DNA of 64,000 nt from Polyangiaceae bacterium (lineage in GTDB: Bacteria; Myxococcota_A; Polyangia; Polyangiales; Polyangiaceae), in NCBI GenBank assembly GCA_035499895.1, contig DATJXW010000083.1, positions 10,793 through 74,792 of the forward strand, in the 5' to 3' direction. A program made the position numbers and the translations under genes. Below the pieces are notes generated by a model, which did no database searches, was not told where the DNA came from, and saw only the letters and a list, made by a program, of their open reading frames with translations. Each line of letters begins with the position of its first letter. The first letter of the stretch is position 1. Of this stretch, positions 60,991 to 64,000 are shown piece after piece.

Positions 60991-61004
60991 CAGCCCTCCA
61001 TTGT

Positions 61005-61062
61005 CCCTAACGTACCAAGGCTTCAACTGCGCCGGGTGAGCAGAAGCGCAGAAGCGAACGCG
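61005..61062 (-). repeat. attC-like site G (right end decayed)
   Basis: CCCTAAC GTA CCAAGGCTTCAACTGCGCC...GCGCAGAAGC. The stem GCTTC..TGCGC/GCGCAGAAGC is present. Confidence 0.55.
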
Positions 61063-61115
61063 CGGCACGTTTCTTTGAGCCGTGCGACGTGATTGATCAA
61101 GCGTACATCTAGTGA

Positions 61116-61229
61116 ATGGCCAAGACCTACACGACCGCGAACGCTCGAGCCAAGCTCGCCGACATCGTTGACGAGGTCGAGGCCGGCTCCGAGGTCGAGC
61201 TCACGCGACGCGGTTCTACGAAGGGCTGA
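61116..61229 (+). pseudogene. Truncated Phd/YefM-family antitoxin remnant
   Basis: MAKTYTTANARAKLADIVDEVEAGSEVELTRRG then a premature stop. It matches the N-terminal half of Phd/YefM antitoxins, and no partner toxin is present. Confidence 0.45.
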
Positions 61230-61394
61230 CCTTCAGCGATGTGGAAGGCATCGGCGGATGCCATCTCGAACAGGTCGGCATGCAAGTGCAGGCCATCGAA
61301 ACTCGAAGCTGCCATGGCAACCGCGGACTCGAGCACACCGTCTAACGCCGGTCATAACGTCGCGCAAGTCGCTTCGGCTCGCCTCCAACCGCGC

Positions 61395-61443
61395 GCCCGA
61401 CGTACCAGGTTTCAGCCGCGTCAACTGCAAACCGGAGTTAGGC
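61395..61443 (-). repeat. attC-like site H (short form)
   Basis: GCCCGAC GTA CCAGGTTTCAG CCGCGTCAA CTGCAAACCGG A GTTAGGC. Confidence 0.75.
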
Positions 61444-61463
61444 GGCTCTTGCTCGGGGGTTGG

Positions 61464-61487
61464 CCATGTGTAAAGGTTCACACATGG
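61464..61487. promoter_or_regulatory. Perfect 8-bp inverted repeat over the vapB start (candidate operator)
   Basis: CCATGTGT-N8-ACACATGG. The right arm contains the vapB ATG. Confidence 0.4.
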
Positions 61488-61684
61488 CGACGAACCTTGC
61501 GATCGACGAACGGCTTCTAGACGAGGCCCGCAAGGTTGGCGGGCACAAGACGAAGAAGGCGACCGTCAATGAGGCGCTGACGGAGTATATTCAACGCCGA
61601 AGGCAACAGAAGGTCTTGGACCTGTTCGGGAAAGTCTCGATCGACGCCGACTATGACTACAAGGCTCAGCGGCGGCGCCGGTGA
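61484..61684 (+). CDS. vapB: VapB-type antitoxin
   Basis: MATNLAIDERLLDEARKVGGHKTKKATVNEALTEYI. It overlaps the PIN gene in a GTGA. Confidence 0.7.
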   Translation: MATNLAIDERLLDEARKVGGHKTKKATVNEALTEYIQRRRQQKVLDLFGKVSIDADYDYKAQRRRR

Positions 61685-62100
61685 ACGTCATCGTCGACAC
61701 GTCCGTCTGGTCCCTGGCACTCCGTCGAGATGCGCCCCGAGAAACGGCTCCCGAACGCGAGCTCGGCGAGCTGGTTCGCGAAGGGCGCGTGCTGATCGCT
61801 GGGCCCATCAGACAAGAACTTCTCTCGGGGGTTCGCGCGCCAGCGCAGTACAAGGCCCTCCGTGACAAACTCCGCGCATTTCCCGACATCGCGCTTGGGA
61901 CCAACGACTACGAAAACGCCTCTGCGTGCTTCAACCGCTGCCGGTCGAAGGGTGTCCAGGGATCAAACACCGACTTCCTGCTGTGCGCGGTGGCCCTGCG
62001 CCTGGATGCAGGGATCCTGACGACCGACAAGGACTTCGACCACTTCGCCAGGATCCTAAGGATCAAGCTGCACCGCCCGAGGCACGGACTGTCCGCCTAA
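61681..62100 (+). CDS. vapC: PIN-domain toxin VapC
   Basis: VIVDTSVW..., ...ILTTDKDF. The acidic PIN residues are in order. Confidence 0.8.
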   Translation: MNVIVDTSVWSLALRRDAPRETAPERELGELVREGRVLIAGPIRQELLSGVRAPAQYKALRDKLRAFPDIALGTNDYENASACFNRCRSKGVQGSNTDFLLCAVALRLDAGILTTDKDFDHFARILRIKLHRPRHGLSA

Positions 62101-62159
62101 CGATCACGCGCGGTTCGGCGGTCGCCTCCCCCCGGGACAAGATGAGTGAGCCACGGGGA

Positions 62160-62690
62160 TCAATGCCAATGCTGCCAGGCGCCGATGCTAATGGTGGTCA
62201 CTGCGATCGGAACGTGCTGCCCGAGGAGGTCAAGCCATCGATCGCGTCCGCTCGCGTCCCAAGCAATCTTGACGATTCCGTCGAGGCACGTGAGCTCGAT
62301 CGTCTCGACGAAGCCCCGCGCGACCGCATCCGTCGTGGACAGCAGGAGACGCGCCGAGGTGATCTCCGTCCACGACATCTGCAGGCCGTGCGATACACCG
62401 ATCAGACGAAAGCCGACCTCATCGCACACCAGCGTGCCCGGATTGCGAAACTCCGGCAGGAGGCCGGCTCGGGCTACTCGGAGATGGTGACGCCACACGA
62501 ACCCGAACCCGCAAGCCGCAATCCCAAAGCCGAGAAGAACGATACGCCAATCATCGAGCACCAGCAGCAGCACCGCAGGCAGGGGAAGGACGACGCCGGC
62601 GACTCCAACAAGCCAGTTCTTGACATGCCAGCGCCGCGCCCTCGCGTTCGTCGCTCGACGGTACTCAGCGGCTCGAACATGCTGCTCCAT
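62160..62690 (-). CDS. Hypothetical membrane protein (cassette ORF)
   Basis: The ATG at 62690 lies 6 nt after the box of site I. It has two TM helices and a soluble C-terminal domain. Confidence 0.5.
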   Translation of the reverse strand: MEQHVRAAEYRRATNARARRWHVKNWLVGVAGVVLPLPAVLLLVLDDWRIVLLGFGIAACGFGFVWRHHLRVARAGLLPEFRNPGTLVCDEVGFRLIGVSHGLQMSWTEITSARLLLSTTDAVARGFVETIELTCLDGIVKIAWDASGRDRWLDLLGQHVPIAVTTISIGAWQHWH

Positions 62691-62696
62691 CTGTCC

Positions 62697-62772
62697 GCCT
62701 AGCGTACCAGGTTTCAGCAGCGCCGGCCGAGCAAACGCGAGGGCGGCGTCTGCTGCAAACCGGAAGTTGGGC
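62697..62772 (-). repeat. attC-like site I (long form)
   Basis: GCCTAGC GTA CCAGGTTTCAGCAGCGCCGGCCGAGC AAAC GCGAGGGCGGCGTCTGCTGCAAACCGG AA GTTGGGC. Confidence 0.8.
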
Positions 62773-62779
62773 AGTCCCT

Positions 62780-63442
62780 TTAGTCTTCGAACGGATAGGG
62801 TAGCTTCTGGATGGCCTCGAAGTGGTGCCGCCGGCAGTGGACGCTGAGCGAAACGCAAAGCCGTTCGCACCCGTCTACGCGGCAGACGCGCGGACCAACT
62901 TCGGGATCCCGAGACCACTTTTCGTACTGACGCTTCAGGTATGCGACGGGCGGGCGGTAGGGGACCTGGATCGTGGGAACGGCCCCCATCTGGAGGTAGT
63001 AGAGCCGGCCTTCAGCGGAGAGGGCACGTTCCAAGAACTCCGAAAAGGATGCGGCGATCACATGACGAGAGCGAGAATCTTCGTGGTCGCAGTCCAGGAT
63101 CCGATTGTCTCCCTCGACGGATCGTTCGAGCTCGATTGCCACGAAATTACCGTCATGGACGTCGCAGAAGGCGTACCAAGACGCCGGCTCAGAATCCACC
63201 CACTCGGCACCACACAAGGCGCTCCCAGTTCGCTGAAATTGCTCGACGGGGAGAAGGCAGTATCCGCCCGCGAGCTCGGCACGGTGAATCCGGAGATAGA
63301 AGGCGCGTAGGTCAGCAGGGAGCGTGAATCCGGACCTACTCTCGAATGCGTCCAGCCGCTCGGCCGCGTTGGCTCGTGCGAGCTCGTGACTGTCTGACGC
63401 TTCGACCGCGCTGATCAAAGCCTCGAACGATATCTTCATCAC
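62780..63442 (-). CDS. SMI1/KNR4 (SUKH-1) family protein (cassette ORF)
   Basis: FESRSGFTLPADLRAFYLRIH...WYAFCDVHDGNFVAIEL is SUKH-like. The C-terminus has a Cys/His cluster (CRVDGCERLC..HCRRHH). Confidence 0.65.
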   Translation of the reverse strand: MMKISFEALISAVEASDSHELARANAAERLDAFESRSGFTLPADLRAFYLRIHRAELAGGYCLLPVEQFQRTGSALCGAEWVDSEPASWYAFCDVHDGNFVAIELERSVEGDNRILDCDHEDSRSRHVIAASFSEFLERALSAEGRLYYLQMGAVPTIQVPYRPPVAYLKRQYEKWSRDPEVGPRVCRVDGCERLCVSLSVHCRRHHFEAIQKLPYPFED

Positions 63443-63464
63443 CGCTTCAGCTTTCGACTGGCCT

Positions 63465-63539
63465 GCCCAACGTACCAGGTTTCAGCAGCGCCGGCCGAGC
63501 GGAAGCGAGGGCGGCGTCTGCTGCAAACCGGAGTTAGCC
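63465..63539 (-). repeat. attC-like site J (long form)
   Basis: GCCCAAC GTA CCAGGTTTCAGCAGCGCCGGCCGAGC GGAA GCGAGGGCGGCGTCTGCTGCAAACCGG A GTTAGCC. The stop TAA of 63534..63947 lies inside the box. Confidence 0.8.
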
Positions 63540-63947
63540 GGCCTGCGCACCGAGCGCGGCAAGCACCGCACGTTGGTCGTCGTCGTCGCAGACACCGTGG
63601 CCCTTCGTCAACATAGAAAGGAGACCGACGGAGCGTTGAGCTTGCGCGGCAGCGAGCACCTTATGGTGACCATCAAGAATGTAGTGCGTGAGACACAGGT
63701 GCTGTTCAACAATCCCATCAGTTTCGGCGGGGCCCTTCACGTCCAGGATCGAAATTGCAACCGCGGTCGGCGTTTTACCAACGGCAAGCGCCGCGCCGTA
63801 GGCCGCAACCGTCTCTGGATTGAGCCAACGCCCTGGAAACATCGGAACCAGAAACTCAAACAAGCGCCGAGCGGGCGTTATCATCTTTGTGCCGAGCCGG
63901 TAGTACTCGGTTCGAGGATCGTGCGGCAGGTCCCAGAACGTATCCAC
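63534..63947 (-). CDS. Hypothetical protein (cassette ORF; HYILDGHHK motif)
   Basis: Coding-like. LDGHHKVLAA is reminiscent of ParB/Srx-type DGxHR motifs (weak). The 5' end is close to the window edge. Confidence 0.45.
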   Translation of the reverse strand: MDTFWDLPHDPRTEYYRLGTKMITPARRLFEFLVPMFPGRWLNPETVAAYGAALAVGKTPTAVAISILDVKGPAETDGIVEQHLCLTHYILDGHHKVLAAAQAQRSVGLLSMLTKGHGVCDDDDQRAVLAALGAQAG

Positions 63948-64000
63948 ACCGAAAAGGTCTGTCTGCTCGTGACTAAAGTAATCATCGATCCCACCCGGTC

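Noticed and set aside
62691-62918. N-terminal extensions of 62160..62918(-) and 60613..61068(-) that read through the attC-like repeats
   Set aside because: The extensions translate the repeat itself (..FRFAADAALAFARPALLKPGTLGG.., ..FCASAHPAQLKPWYVR..). Internal ATGs at 62690 and 60990, just after the box, give sensible proteins.
57950-63540. Whether the repeats could be a CRISPR array
   Set aside because: The spacing is 500-1300 bp, not 25-50 bp. The repeats differ in length and core sequence. The intervals contain ORFs, and there are no cas genes.

Overview
High-GC (roughly 68-72% by eye) chromosomal segment with myxobacterial hallmarks: MYXO-CTERM-like tail, Cys-rich repeat exoproteins, a Ser/Thr kinase-STAND protein, ECF sigma modules and an RCC1 propeller protein. 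Most of the window is housekeeping and regulatory genes (xseA, aroE, ruvC, orn, yhbY, yggX, yhhQ, biotin carboxylase, two-component system, LacI and LysR regulators) mixed with secreted Cys-rich lipoproteins. Three lower-GC accessory patches stand out. (1) 11.8-13.4 kb holds a two-gene ABC/AAA_21-type ATPase plus DUF4276/Toprim-like module, a candidate defence system. (2) 30-34 kb holds a 14-repeat RCC1 protein next to a decayed IS66 transposase. (3) From about 57.3 kb to the window end, small promoterless ORFs are separated by at least 8 imperfect-palindrome sites of the form RYYYAAC...GTTRRRY with bulged stems. I read this as an integron-type attC gene-cassette array; the integrase is not in the window. 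Its cargo includes an inverted vapBC module, a truncated phd/yefM, a macro-domain protein, a SUKH/SMI1 protein and a stand-alone EF-Tu domain-III homologue. No rRNA, tRNA or CRISPR was seen. Many long ORFs in the track are high-GC shadow frames and were not called. All calls come from reading the translations and the DNA by eye; no searches were run.
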